The notes: generated by a model not told the origin, from the letters alone. Positions 12,225-25,047 are shown, counted from the stretch's first letter. The stretch: 64,000 nucleotides of DNA from Chara braunii (GCA_003427395.1 BFEA01000029.1:2431185-2495184); one strand, 5' to 3'. Made by a program: numbers and translations.

Positions 12225-13061
12225 ATAGTGTATATTTTGATATTCTAGCGAAAGATTCATTCGATTTTGCTCGTCCTATCGATGGAAGTAGCTTGAGGCC
12301 AGTCGCGGGGTTGGAGACTGACCTGTTGGCCGGTGCGTTGCAAATCCTATCAATGGAAAACTCTCTCTCTCTCTCTCTTTCTCACACGTACTCACACAAA
12401 AAAAAAGGAAGTGTGGCGGTGTATATTTCCATGTTCTAGCGGTAGATTCATTCGATTTTGCTCATCCTATCGATGGAAGTACCCTCTCTCTCTCTCTCTA
12501 TCTATATATTCGGTCGATTTTGCTCATCCTATCGATGGAAGTACCCTCTCTCTCTCTCTCTCACACACACACACGTACATGTGTGGCAGTGTATATTTCC
12601 ATATTCTAGCGATAGATTTGTTTGATTTTGCTCATCCTATCGATGGAAGTACCCTCTCTCTCTCTCACACACACACACAGGTACGTGTGTGGCAGTGTAT
12701 ATTTCCATATTCTAGCGGTAGATTTGTTTGATTTTGCTTATCCTATCGATGGAAGTACCCTCACTCTCTCTCTCGCGCGCGCTTTCTCCCTCTCTCTCTC
12801 TCCCACACACACACACACACACACGTGTGTAGTAGTGTATATTTCAATGTTCTAGCGGAAGATTCATTCGATTTTGCTCATCCTATCGATGGAAGTAGCA
12901 TGAGGCCAGCCGCGGGGTTAGAGACTTACCTGTTGGCCGGTAAAAAAAAAAAAAAAAAAAGAGTGTGGCAGTGTATATTTCCATGTTCTAGCGGTAGATT
13001 CGTCCGATTTTGCTCATGATCTAGCGGTAGATTCATTCGATTTTCCATCGATAGGATGAGA

Positions 13062-13117
<56 letters not shown>

Positions 13118-13266
13118 TAGAGCATGAGCAGTTGCACTTCTCTGTGTGTGTGTGTGAGAGAGCATGAGCAATGGACGTAGCGTGAGGCCAGTCGCGGGGT
13201 TGGAGACTTGCTTGTTGGCCGGTGCGTTGCTCATCCTATCGATGGGAAACTCTCTCTCTCTCTCTA

Positions 13267-13314
<48 letters not shown>

Positions 13315-13477
13315 GCATGCACGCATGCATGCAAGCGTGCAGTAGTGTATATTTCGATGTTCTAGTGGAAGATTCATTCGATTTTGCTCATCCTATCGAT
13401 GGACGTAGCGTGAGGCCAATCTCGAGGTTGGAGACTTACCTGGTGGCCGGTGCGTTGCTCATCCTATCTATGGAACA

Positions 13478-13480
<3 letters not shown>
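12225..13480. repeat. Tandem satellite interspersed with (CT)n/(CA)n
   Basis: About 8 copies of GTGTATATTTCCATRTTCTAGCGGTAGATTCATTCGATTTTGCTCATCCTATCGATGGAAGTA; some carry a GAGGCCAGTCGCGGGGTTGGAGACT extension; partial inverted copy near 13040. Confidence 0.8.
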
Positions 13481-13555
<75 letters not shown>

Positions 13556-13884
13556 CCGTTCGTGGGACATCCCACCGACCCCGGACTATCACTGCGCTTG
13601 CTGCACTTCGCTTCCAGCACCCCGCGCTTACGCTGCGCTTCCCAGCACCCCCACTCGTGCACAGGAAACGGCACGTGGCGGCGAATTTCCGTAGGTCCGA
13701 CGCGCCCACGTGGCGCTTCACAGGAGGCTGCGAATTTGAGTAGGCCCTACATGACGCTTATGGCTAGGCTGGCGTGCGGCAACAAATTTGTTTTCTCACT
13801 CCGCGCGAAGGGTGGAGGGGCTGGTGGGCGGCAGCGAATTTCCCTAGGCCCAACATGACGCGCGACACCGAATTTCCCTGGGCC

Positions 13885-16800
13885 CGCTGGGAAGCGTCAT
13901 GTTGGGCCCTTTGGGACTGCTGTATTGTACGCCAGTAAGGACTGCCGCGTTTTGGGCTGATGTTCCCGCATTTGGGACTGGGACCAGTGCCGAACTGACG
14001 GCGCTGCCACTTGAGGAGCTGGCACAGGTTCCTGCGCTCGTCACAGTTACATGCTCTCTGCATGAGGACTGTGTTAGGGTAAGAGACTGGGACTGCAGCA
14101 GGACGAAGATTAGGTGGACGAGGGGCAAGCAGTTGGGCTTCTTTGAGGCTGACGATCCCAGCCTGCAGCTCTTGGTTCCGCTGCTCTAGAGCTGTCACAC
14201 GGGACTCAGATCTTCCAAGGTCTGCAGTTGAACCAAGACTGCTATGGCAGCAGCTAGCTTCTCTCTGAACCGGGCATCAGTAGACTCTGGAACCTGGAGG
14301 AGAGCCACTTGGGCAGCAATACTTGCGGGCTTCTGCCTCCTCTCTGTGTAATGCGTCCTCGTAAAGTTTATGAAAGAAAGGTTTCTCGCTCTCGTTCGCC
14401 GCGTCCAGCATGGCCTGCCATTGGGCAGATGAGATGTCTGCCATGCTGGAGGATGGGGTATCAACAGATCTCTCAAGAGGGATCCACTCTTTACTCACGT
14501 TTGGACGAACGCTCCTCTTACCCCTCTTCACACTCTCAAAAATAATACCTTCTTTCTCCCTTCTCTCTCTTTCTGTTTTCTGAGCACGCGCCTCAATACT
14601 GGACATAAATAGTTCAGATAAAAGAAAAACAAATAAATCACGAAGAGCAGAAGGTAGAACTCCTAGCCGGAGCGGCAATTCATTTGGGCTTAGAGAATGG
14701 CATTCACGCAGCAGAAATTAAAAAAAATAAAACAAATGAAAGAGAGGACTGACTTAACGGGGCCCGATCAGATTAGCTGGAGATCCCCTCTTGTCTAACC
14801 CGACAAAGAACATGTACCACGAATAAGTCACCCGAAGAAAATGAATTGCAGCAATGGAGATATCGAGGGGTGCAGACGGTCGCCGAGCCAGACGCAGGGC
14901 AGTGTGTGAGAACATGCAGTAAGACCAGTCAAGATCCCCTTGAAAGGAATGTCCTTGCTTGCCGTGTGTCCCCCAAATTCAGCACAGCAAAAAGATGCAT
15001 TGATGGCAACAGATTTGGGTCCTAAATGTCCTGTCCCATTGGGCCTGGTCCCTCTGAGTCCTGAAGGGTCCCAAGTAGGTCGTGGACCAGGCCCAATGAG
15101 ATAGGTGTACCAAGTCAGTCCCAAACTGCCTCTGCGGTACTGAAAAGGAAAAGACAACTTTCAGCAAGAACCTACCCCTACAGCGGTTCAGAAGTGAAAA
15201 GACAATGCACTGTAGAAAGATATGTCATTGAGAACAAGATGCATCATCCATCCATCCATCAGGTGAGAAAGCAATCCACATGCTCACACACACAACCAAG
15301 ACCACAGAGAAGAGGAAGAGAGCCCAGCACACCCCAACAGGCCATGAAGCACCAAGCAACCACCCACGGGCATACCCAAGTCACACGGCACTTACCTGTG
15401 AGCCCCAGCCTCCAAAGATGGATAACGACTCACCCCCCTCTCTCATAGGTCCTCCTGACCCCTAGCTACCACTACACGGTGTCCTAGCATGACTAAGAGG
15501 GCCTCCCTACAATCATGTTACAACGCCGGATCCTCCGTCGATGTTGAAGACCAAAGTAGCAACTTGCAGCTCTTCGATGCAGATATGGCAGCCTCCGATC
15601 AAGTCTCAAAAGTCACTCAATGTCTTCTTGAAATCCAGATTCCAGGTGTGAGTACCTCTCACTCTCTACTCCCTCTCGCTTACTCCAATCAGCCTCCTTT
15701 GTGTCTTGCCACCCCAGTCAATCACGCAAGCAACCTGGTCAGGTCTGATGTCGACCCTACATGACCTAACCAGGTGGGGGCAGCATCCACATACCTCACT
15801 GCCCCTCTTAACCCTAACCTCCAACCCTAATACGAGATTAGGTTAGCCCTAACCTAATTCGGAATTAGGGTTAGGGTGACTATCACCTCGCGCCAGCAAG
15901 TAAGTCTGCTCTGATACCAATTGTTACGATCCTGGTCATTCCCAAAGTGCAAATTCACAATGAAAGACAATGCCACCCAATTGCGAAAGAAATGAGAGCA
16001 CTTGCAAAGAGATAGAGACCAAAGAAGAGAGAAAGAAGAAGAAGAAGAAGATGTACACCAGCAAGACCAATGACAGACCCCCCTTCTCTCTCCACCTTCC
16101 TCCTCCTCCTTCACTTCGCCAATCTTATTCTTCTTCCAATAATAATAATAACAATGAGTGGATGAACCAGAATCAATATCTGAAGTTCCTTCTTACTGCT
16201 GACACAACAACAGGTCCACCATAGCTATGGCTTCCCCCCTTCTTCCTCCTCTCTCATGCCTATGCTATGGCGGACTACTAAGGGCTCTGCCCTCCTGTGC
16301 AGAGGACAACGCAAAGCAGCTATGTCGCTGCACTCCTGTCCAAAGGACAACCCAAAGCAGCTATGCCGCTGCTCACTAAGCTGCCATGCCTGACTCTGCC
16401 TCGAGCTTCCTTGGTGTGGCACTACCCCAACTGGGGCCTTCCATGCAGTGCCCAACAAGGTGATGAAGATGGTGTCCACCATAGCCAGGTAGGTACCTTG
16501 CCACTCTCCTCCTTTGCCCCCTTCTTCCTCATCCTGAGACTGGGCTGCTCGCCATAGCTAGGCTGAGCGCTCAGCTGCTCTTCTCCTCCAGGCAGTGCTT
16601 CCCAAGTCCAGCGCTTGGCTCCAGCAGCATGTTGTCAATCCTTGCATACCGCAGATGAGGAGGAGCTGCTTGCTCCTGAAGATATAGCGTATTACTGGCC
16701 TCTTGGGCGGTGACTTCCTAGGCCGAGCAGCCTCCCAGCAACCGGTACCTCCTCCCTTTCGGAGGGAAACATCATTGCAGGCTCTGCTATCGTCCGGACA

Positions 16801-17292
16801 GACCCTAGACTCAGGCTACTTGGACTGGTACCGGCCTACCTCTAACCTACGGCTTCTGGGCCACTAAAAATGCCAACTTTTGTCTTGTTCTGCTCGGCCT
16901 CCAGTACCCAACACTTCTACCACTACTTGAGTGGTACCGGCATATCCCGCTTCTCTAAGTGTCGCGGGCCTACCTCCGCTACTTGAGTGTTTTCCCCGCT
17001 GCAACCCTCAAAGTCATGGCCACACGTAAGTACCAAGCCCTGAGGGGCCTTTGAACCAACAAGTACCCTTGTGGGTCACACACAGACTCAGCCGACAAGC
17101 ACTCAGACAGGCACGCAAACCAGCAGACACACACACACACACAGATTTAGAAATCACAGCAGAATGCGGGAATCTCAGCAAGGCATTCATTCCAGCGGCA
17201 AATCCCAGAAATCAGCAGTGTTCTCAGTCTGTGTTTTGGCGGGTCATTACAACTAACGATCTTTCATTTCTGTGCTTTCAATTAGTGTGACA
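13885..17292 (-). mobile_element. Truncated LTR retrotransposon (probably Ty3/gypsy): 5' LTR (about 15922-17292), PBS, leader, decayed gag N-terminus
   Basis: LTR termini TGTCAC...GTAACA on minus; PBS directly inside; gag-like remnants MADISSAQWQAMLDAA and TALEQRNQELQA...QYSSP at about 13890-14445. Confidence 0.7.
15908..15919 (-). promoter_or_regulatory. Primer-binding site for initiator tRNA-Met
   Basis: TGGTATCAGAGC, 2 nt after the LTR-terminal CA. Confidence 0.85.
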
Positions 17293-17827
17293 TCAGAATC
17301 CGATGTCTCGGTTCTCAGTCTTGGGCCTCGCTCCACTTTTCTCCACATGCACAAAGGACAAAAAACATGGCTGTGTATCTTTCCTTGTTCTAGCGCAAGA
17401 TTCTGTCTCATTTTGCACACTTGGAGAGTAGTGGACCGAGGCCCAGTGGTTGGGAAATTTAGACCCAATTAGAAGTTCGAAACAGTTGTCCTTCGGGACA
17501 TCCATTAAAAGGATTGGAAGGATGCAGAGAAAGAAGATTAGCATGGTCCCAGGGCAAGGATGGACACACATAAATCGATACATGGTCCTTTTTTTTCCAA
17601 AAAGTAAAAGAAGATCGAAATAGAAGACAAGAATGGTTTGGAGGTGGAAGAGTTGGTGCCTGCATGTGTAGCGATGCAAGGAAGGGGCAGATTGTATAGG
17701 TGGATGGACAAGCAAAAACCACGACGTGATGGTCTCTACTTCTGCTCTGAGAGTTGTCCTTGCTATAGAGAGTACTGGGTGCTGTGATTAGGCCTCCACA
17801 GTGCACTGGGTGATCTGATTACGGCAG

Positions 17828-18330
17828 GTTTCCATGGTCCACTCAGTTCAGTCGGTCCATGGCCCCCTGTGCAAGGATGACATGCATAAATTGAGAAATG
17901 GTCCAAATTTCCACTCAGTGTCCATGGCCCCCTGTGCAAGGATGACACCCGTCATCCCCATAAATCGAGAAATGGTCCAAATTTCCACTCGGTTCAGTCG
18001 GTCCATGGCTCCATGGGCAAGGATGACATGCAGAAACCGAGAAATGGTCTAAATTTAATTGGCAGAAAAGAAAAAAAGATTTCCATGGTTCACTCAGTTC
18101 AGTTGGTGCATGGCCCCTGTGCAAAGATGACAGGCATAAATCAATATAAATGGTCCAAATTTAATTGCCAAAAAAAACAAAAAAGATTTCCATGGTCCAC
18201 TCGAAAAAGAAAAAAGATTTACATGGTCCACTCGATCCTGGTGAGGGACGATTCAATGGCGAGATAAATGATCCAAATGCAATAATTAAACAAAAAAAAA
18301 GAAAAAGATTTCCACGTCCACTCGATGCTG
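17828..18330. repeat. Degenerate tandem repeat just upstream of exon 3
   Basis: Recurring TTTCCATGGTCCACTC...CCATGGCCCCCTGTGCAAGGATGAC...AAATGGTCCAAATTT units. Confidence 0.7.
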
Positions 18331-18380
18331 GTGAGGTTATAATGATACGGAGAAAATTCGCTTGATTTTTTTGGATGCAG

Positions 18381-18497
18381 GACGTGGTTCCATTGTCAAC
18401 AGCGAAAGTGATACAAATTCTGCAGATAATTATCCGACCAGAGAATCTGCCACTCTACCTTCACTGCCTTGATGGGACGCATGTCACAGGAGTTGTG
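18381..18497 (+). CDS. Exon 3, Oca6-like phosphatase homologue (P-loop exon)
   Basis: Acceptor TGCAG|, donor |GTAATT; 39 codons DVVPLSTAKVIQILQIIIRPENLPLYLHCLDGTHVTGVV. Confidence 0.9.
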
Positions 18498-18826
18498 GTA
18501 ATTACTAATCATTGTTCCCTCTGAGCTTGCCCCGTTTTTCCTTGGTGCATTTTGTTGTTGTCACCAGTATTTCTCTTTGGGATGCCTGCAGCTGCTGTCA
18601 TGCCACATGTACGGGAAGTAGAGGAAAGAAGGGCCATAGAAGGTGCAAGCATATTTTGTGCTTATGTGTACACATTTGACTGGAGTACAAAGATGTAGAC
18701 ACACTGGTGGTCCCTGGGGGGAGAGGGGGGAAAGGGAGGGGGCGGAAAGAGGGGGAAGTGTAGGATGCTAGGAGGAGGGGGAAAGGTCTGGGGAAATGTA
18801 CGACAAAGGGTAAGAAAAGGGTGGTG

Positions 18827-18828
<2 letters not shown>

Positions 18829-18916
<88 letters not shown>

Positions 18917-18917
18917 N

Positions 18918-18980
<63 letters not shown>
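18829..18980. repeat. (GA)n microsatellite containing an N
   Basis: About 150 bp of GA with one ambiguous base. Confidence 0.95.
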
Positions 18981-18985
<5 letters not shown>

Positions 18986-19469
18986 GGAGGAAAGCTTTGG
19001 TGTGTGTGAAGACCTGAGATGTATCTGATGGGCACTCTCTATCACTGTAGCCATGTGAGTCATGTTTCAGTTGGTGCTGTAACCTCAGGTCACTTTGTCA
19101 TTTCACGTTTGCAACATATCCTGTGTTTAGTCTAGCTTTCAGGACCTGGCTCTTTGCAGCAGTCGGTAGTTAGTGGATACCCACTGGCTTAGTTGTCCGC
19201 TTTCTAAATGGAGGGCAATGACTTTGAGGTATCCCCACCAAACTGGCCGAACCCCAACAATGGCTTCGAGGTATCCCCACCAAACTGGCCGACCCCAGGT
19301 ATTTGAGAATTATAATCAGTTATTTCACTCATTTGATTCCATGAGAATTTGGACTCAGGTCTGTTTATAAATTGTTATATGGGTGTACTATTCAGCCACA
19401 CAGGCTGGGTAGCCACTGACTTTAAAGCGAGCCAGGCTGGAATCAGTATGAAGCATGTTAAAATGCGCT

Positions 19470-20115
19470 GTATCGTGAGTATGTGCTATGTGCTATGTAT
19501 GTACTATGTATCGTAAGTACGTGCTATGTACTAAGTATCGTGAGTACGTGCTATGTACTATGTATCGTAAGTACATGCTATGTACTATGTATCGTGAGTA
19601 TGTGCTATGTACTATGTATCGTGAGTACCTGCTATGCACTGTGTACTATGTACTTATGTGCTATGTAATGAGTACTCTGTACTCTGTACTCTGTACTCTG
19701 TACTCTGTACATAGCACATAGTACTATGTACTATGTATGTATCATGATTATGTGCTAGTGAGTATTTAATACGTGCTGTATTGTGAGTATGTCCTATGTA
19801 CTGTGTACTATGTAGTATGTAGTATGTACTTATGCACTAATGTACTTTGTATTATGTACTATGTATCGTGAGTACGCGCTATGTACTGTGTACTATGTAC
19901 TATGTACTATGTCCTTATGAGTGCGCGCTATGTACTGTGTACTATGTACTATGTACTATGTCCTTATGTACTACGTACTATGTACTATGTACTGTGTAGT
20001 GAGTATGTACTATGTACTACTATGTACTATGTCCTTATGTACTACGTACTATGTACTATGTACTGTGTAGTGAGTATGTACTATGTACTATGTACTATGT
20101 AGCGAGTATGTACTA
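19470..20115. repeat. (TATGTAC)n-based minisatellite
   Basis: Heptamer TATGTAC with a higher-order TATCGTGAGTA spacer. Confidence 0.9.
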
Positions 20116-20210
20116 TTGCTTGGTAACCGGCATTCACTTGTTCTTCTCTTTCCATTTTTTTATCTGTCCTCTCTTCCCTTTTCCTTTCTTTTTTTTTCCC
20201 TGTTTTTCAG

Positions 20211-20375
20211 GTCATGTGTTTCCGAAAGTTGCAGAGCTGGAATCTGTCCTCAGGAACGGCAGAATGTGCCAAGTTTCAGAAAGAAGGAGAGATTACGCGA
20301 GAAGAGTCGCAATTTGTGGAGTCGTTTCGGGGAGAGATTGATATTCCTCCCGTGATCCCTCAGTGGCTGTGGCAG
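20211..20375 (+). CDS. Exon 4, Oca6-like phosphatase homologue
   Basis: Long polypyrimidine tract plus TTTCAG|, donor CAG|GTATAT; 55 codons VMCFRKLQSWNLSSGTAECAKFQKEGEITREESQFVESFRGEIDIPPVIPQWLWQ, with the family CxRKLQxW motif. Confidence 0.9.
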
Positions 20376-20519
20376 GTATATGCTCTTCGACAGCCTGTGC
20401 TGCTCGTGATTTGTAAGCAGATTGACTGCATTCTGCTGAATGGCTTTTTGTTATAGGCAGGCTAAATCTCCGCTCCTGTGTTTTTCCCCCTTTTTCCTTT
20501 TTCCTTTTTGAAGTGCCAC

Positions 20520-21859
20520 CACCTTTCACACATATCAGCCACCGGGCGAGGCTCCGGGAGGTTTGACGGAGGGCAGTGACACACCGCCACCGCCGATGGA
20601 ATGTATCAACGGCGGGTCCAGCCTCCTGAAAAATATCCTAGCTTACCTAGGCTTCATTTCCGTGCGCACGGGTACCCCCGGCACGCACGGCCGTGCGAGT
20701 CCCCCGTACGGGCCCCGTGCGGCCCCTGCGCGGTGTGCTTGGGGGGCAGTTCTGGGGACGGCGGGCCCAGTTCCAGCATCGTGCAAATTTTTTAAGGCCC
20801 CCCCACACCGGGGGGGCCTTAAAAAATTCGATCTTGGACTCGAGATCTTAGCCGTAGATCTTCGAAGATCTACGGCGGAGATCCGTCGAGGATCTCCCCA
20901 CGACCTGCGCTTTTTCGAAATCGAGTTCGAAATTTCGAACTGCGCAGGCCTGAGGACGGGGGTCCCCCGTGTTGCCACTCCGCCTGCCATTTCGTCGCCG
21001 TTGCCGTTGTCGGTCAGGTCGCGCCATTGCCCACCTCCCACGCCCGTAGCTGCTCCCTGACACATCTTCCCGGGACCATCGCCGCTCTTCTTCGTCGCTT
21101 CCCAGGGCCTTCGCCACTCCTTCGCTTCTCCCCAGGGCCGTCGCCGTTGCCCAGGGCTGTCGCTGGTCCCATGAAGTGAAGGTAAGTGGTCTTCTTCCTC
21201 TTCGTCTTCTTCTTCTTCTTCTTCTTCTTCTTCGTTAAACTTGTCCACCCTCCTCCTCCTCCTCCTCCTCCTCCTCCTCGTCCTTCGTCTTCTTCTTCTT
21301 CGTTCAACTTCTCTGTGTGCTTGTCGTCCTTCACTTCTCTCCCGCCACTTCGTTCCTTCTCTTCCGCCATCATCCACCTCCCTCCCGCCACTCCGTTTCT
21401 GCTCTTCTGCCATCTCCCGCCACCTCCCACTACCCCTCCTGCTACCTCCCACTAACCCTCCCACTAGCCCTCCCACTAACCCTCCCACTATCTCCCACGT
21501 CCCTCCCACCATCCTCCGCCTCCCTCCCGCCAATCCTCCGCCTCCTTCCCGCCACCTCCTACCTCCCCTCTCACTTCCACTTCCCTCTCTCCTCCTTCCA
21601 CCTCCCTCCCGCCATCTCCCACCTCCCTCTCTTTCGCCATCTCCCACTTAACTCCCGCCACCTCCTACCTCAATCCGGCCATCTCCCACCTCCCTGCATG
21701 CAACGTCCTACCTCCCTTTCGCCACCTCCAACCTCCCTTTTGCCATCTCCCACCCTCCTCTCTCCATCTTCCACCTCCCTCTCGCCATCCCTCACCTCCC
21801 CGCCAGTGTGGAAAAGGCTGATTCGGGCACATCTCTGCATGCGCAACGGCCCCCCATCA

Positions 21860-21915
<56 letters not shown>

Positions 21916-21935
21916 CGCGCGGGTGACCCGTGCAT
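20520..21935. mobile_element. GC-rich, palindrome-rich insert, probably a non-autonomous DNA transposon fragment
   Basis: Three perfect inverted repeats at 20786-20940, then CT-rich low complexity; no TIR pair or TSD confirmed. Confidence 0.35.
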
Positions 21936-22196
21936 GTCTTCCTCTTTTGAAAGGAGGTGCGACAGTAGTCCCTGACCTTAATTGTATGCATTCATCTGAT
22001 TCCATCAGTCCATCTACTCTTGAGAACCGGAAACATGGTTTATACTTTCATGATCAGGGTGCATTGTGTTCGGGGGAAGACGATAGCCTCCTATCACACG
22101 TTTCCTCTAGTCTTGAGAAACCTTTCAGCTCTCAAGTGATTGCACGCCTGAGTTGCACTGAATAGGTGCTGTGTTCAAGGCCTGCACTCAAGTTCA

Positions 22197-22478
22197 TTTT
22201 CAGAGGAAGGGACATCCGAGCCCCTGTCCTGGCCAAGAAATGAAACTAGCTTGCCAAGGGGGGGGATCACCAAATGCCACGGGAAGAGCATCGGCAGAAG
22301 GCGCGAGTAAAAGGTTAAGCAAAACTAACTTCTCAAATTAATTTTCCGAGGAAGGGACATCTGAGCCCCTGTCCTGGCCATGAAATCAAACTACCACACC
22401 AGGGGGGGCAATCACCAAATGCCATGGGAAGAGCATTGGCGGAACTCGTGAGTAAAAAGATATGCAACACTAACTTGA
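22197..22478. repeat. Diverged tandem duplication, about 145-bp unit x2
   Basis: GAGGAAGGGACATCYGAGCCCCTGTCCTGGCCA...CACCAAATGCCAYGGGAAGAGCAT occurs twice. Confidence 0.8.
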
Positions 22479-22944
22479 TTGGAACGAGGAATAGGACCGG
22501 GAATGTGGAACGTAGGTACTTTGGTAGAAGGATGCAAGTTTTATGTGAATGTCATCAGAAATACTGGTGCAACGTCGGTAAGACTCCCTTTTGATGCTTT
22601 CGGGCATTGAAGAGAGAGTCAGCGTGCGTGACTCTCACGGTCGGTCAGTGGTGTGTGCGGCGGTTTTTGGGTGTGAGGCAAGACGGGGGTGACGGTTGGT
22701 GTTACACGGCCAAGCGCTTGTAACTTCCTTACCTTCTTTGGTTTGGCTTATGACAGCAGCTTGATGCTGTGACTACTATGGTTTCACTGTGTGCTTGGCC
22801 TTCTTGTGTGTTTTTGCATTGCGACTTGCGTGTCAACTTTGCTTCTTCTTGAACACAGCACCCATTGCGTAACTTTTTACTTGCAAGGGAAAATAACTCT
22901 GAACAATTTTGGAGTGCCCAAGGTGATTGAATTGGTAGGGTTTG

Positions 22945-23220
22945 GGCTAGCAGCCTAGCTCTGTTGGTAAGAGCACGTAAGTGGCATTCAGGACGTCGTG
23001 GGCTCGATTCCCCATGTCATCCATTCGACTGCCCACGCTCCCCTGTGGCGCACTTCTGGTGCACCAGCTGAGATAGTTTGCTTGCCCCCCCGGGTTGGTC
23101 TTGGTGGGGAATGCCCCACCTCCCATCCAGCATCAGGGGTTAGGTTCAACCCTAAGGGGGTAGACTCAACCCTGAGGATGGTTCAACCCTGTGGGGTTAG
23201 GGGGCCTGGGAACCCATAAT
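22945..23220 (+). mobile_element. tRNA-derived SINE-like element
   Basis: A-box-like TAGCTCTGTTGG (22956-22967) and B-box-like GGCTCGATTCC (23001-23011) at tRNA spacing; no intact cloverleaf. Confidence 0.55.
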
Positions 23221-23620
23221 TCTCAGCGGCAATTCTTATACGAACAGTACAAATTGGTATTTAGCTGGTGGCTAGGGTGAGGTTGTTTCAATGTTCAGAG
23301 AAGAGATTAGTGTAGGGCACAAAAGGCTGTCACCTGTTTGAGGCGCATACAGGTCGTCGCCCTTTCCTTCTTTTTGTTTTTCCGTATGCTTCTCAGAGTT
23401 TCTTCTACTGCTGTTGCTCCACCTGGTTGTCCTCCGGACTACTGAACAGAAATGACAGGTAACAGTGGGATCTAGCACTGTTGATTTGGTGTAATAGCCG
23501 TTTTGTGCTAACGTTATTTTCCGAGGTGCACTTGCAGCCCCCAAGGTCATTTTGTGCCAGATGCTCTGCCTGGGCCTCTATGATGAGTTGACCCTTCTTT
23601 TTATGTTGGCCGTGCTGCAG

Positions 23621-23830
23621 GGTTGCCGAACTGTTCGTCATCCGACATTCCGGCTAAGGTTGCTTCCCCCCCCCCCACTGCCAACTGAAAAGTCAGATGA
23701 CTCAGAGAGCAGCACTGGGAGCTCCAGCCAGAAGAGCGAGGGACCGAACACTCCACGACCATCTAATACGAGCACGAAGACCGGAAGTTTTTATGAAAGG
23801 GGTTTTGGCAGACCAAGAAAAGCACTTTAG
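23621..23830 (+). CDS. Exon 5 (terminal as assembled), Oca6-like phosphatase homologue
   Basis: Acceptor CTGCAG|, phase 0; GCRTVRHPTFRLRLLPPPP... to TAG at 23828-23830. Frame after the 11-C run is uncertain. Confidence 0.65.
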   Translation, partial: GCRTVRHPTFRLRLLPPPPLPTEKSDDSESSTGSSSQKSEGPNTPRPSNTSTKTGSFYERGFGRPRKAL

Positions 23831-24088
23831 TGTTAAGCGGCTCCGGAATGACGCAGGTAGGAACTAGCTGTCAGGACACCCCTCTCTTGCTTCTGGCCTG
23901 AGAGAGAACAACTGCTGAGTACAAGTAACAGGATTGGCTCCCGCCGTTCTGCCCCGGGAGGGTGGGACACAGATATAAGGGAGGTAGGTGAGCTACTGAT
24001 CTGGGGGGGATTGCTGGTAGATACATATGTGAGGCTTACGATCGATCCGAGGGTCCAAATCCAACTGGAGACCCAGAGCGAATCACAG

Positions 24089-24114
<26 letters not shown>

Positions 24115-24120
<6 letters not shown>

Positions 24121-24450
24121 AGGCAAGAGCTATTTGTTTGGTAGAGATACTGTTAGGCACGAGCTATTTGTTTGTGTAGAAATAGGGTTTCTGAAATTTG
24201 ACATACTTGTGAAGTTTTCAACTGATGATTGATTTTCAATATGGAACAACTCATCGCCGAAGTTTCGTTTCCACTTTGTATGGGGGGGAGGCAAGAGCTA
24301 TTTGTTTGGTAGAGATACTGTTAGGCAAGAGCTATTTGTTTGTGTAGAAATACGGTTTCTGAAATTTGACATACTTGTGAAGTTTTCAACCGATGATTGA
24401 TTTTCAATATGGAACAACTCATCGCCGAAGTTTCGTTTCCACTTTGTATG
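24115..24450. repeat. Near-identical 168-bp tandem duplication next to a G homopolymer
   Basis: Two copies differing at about 3 positions; recent duplication or assembly error. Confidence 0.85.
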
Positions 24451-24771
24451 CTCGAAATCTGTTGACGGATTTATGAGTGTGAATTGGAACCTGGTTTATC
24501 TCACTGATGTGGCTTTTGGCAGGAGACTGGCTATCGGTATCCTCTTTCCCTCTATCGAGGGCGGGTTAGCTAAATATAGATGAATATAGATGCATTATAG
24601 GTGATGATTCAGGTCATCAGAAGTGCCTTGTCAGTCTGAGGGTTTGGTATCTCATCTCTCTGTGTCGTTTTAGTAAACGTATGTTCTTTTCTTTCTTTCT
24701 TCTCCCCCCCCCCCTCATGGTAGATCACTGTAGTAAACATATGTTATGTTTTGGTAATCCAGTTTGTACCA

Positions 24772-25047
24772 CCGTCTTCGCCCAAAAATAACGCCCAGGT
24801 GTTATATTCGACTTCCCTAAAAAGATCAGTTTTCGTTTTTACAGTTTTACTCACATTTTTTCAAATAGAACGCCCCTCTGAATATAATGCGTTATGTTCG
24901 AATAGAACTCCGGGGCGGTATATTTGAATGTTCCATGGGCAGAGTGCCTTGTAGAGGTAGTATACATGGGTTTTGAAGGCCAGAAATGGGGGTAGTATAC
25001 ATGGGTTTTAAAGGGGGTTGAAAGAGGTTTTGACTTCCAAGGGAAAT

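Noticed and set aside
12225-13480. CRISPR-like repeat/spacer pattern
   Set aside because: Repeats are too long, spacers are microsatellites, there are no cas genes and the context is eukaryotic.
15810-15878. CCCTAA/TTAGGG motifs as a telomere
   Set aside because: A few scattered units inside an LTR-element leader, not an array.
20643-21913. Long ORFs of up to 334 aa on both strands
   Set aside because: Products of low-complexity CT/GA-rich sequence with no domain.
22945-23030. Functional tRNA gene (also 37780-37853)
   Set aside because: Acceptor and anticodon stems do not pair; treated as SINE heads.
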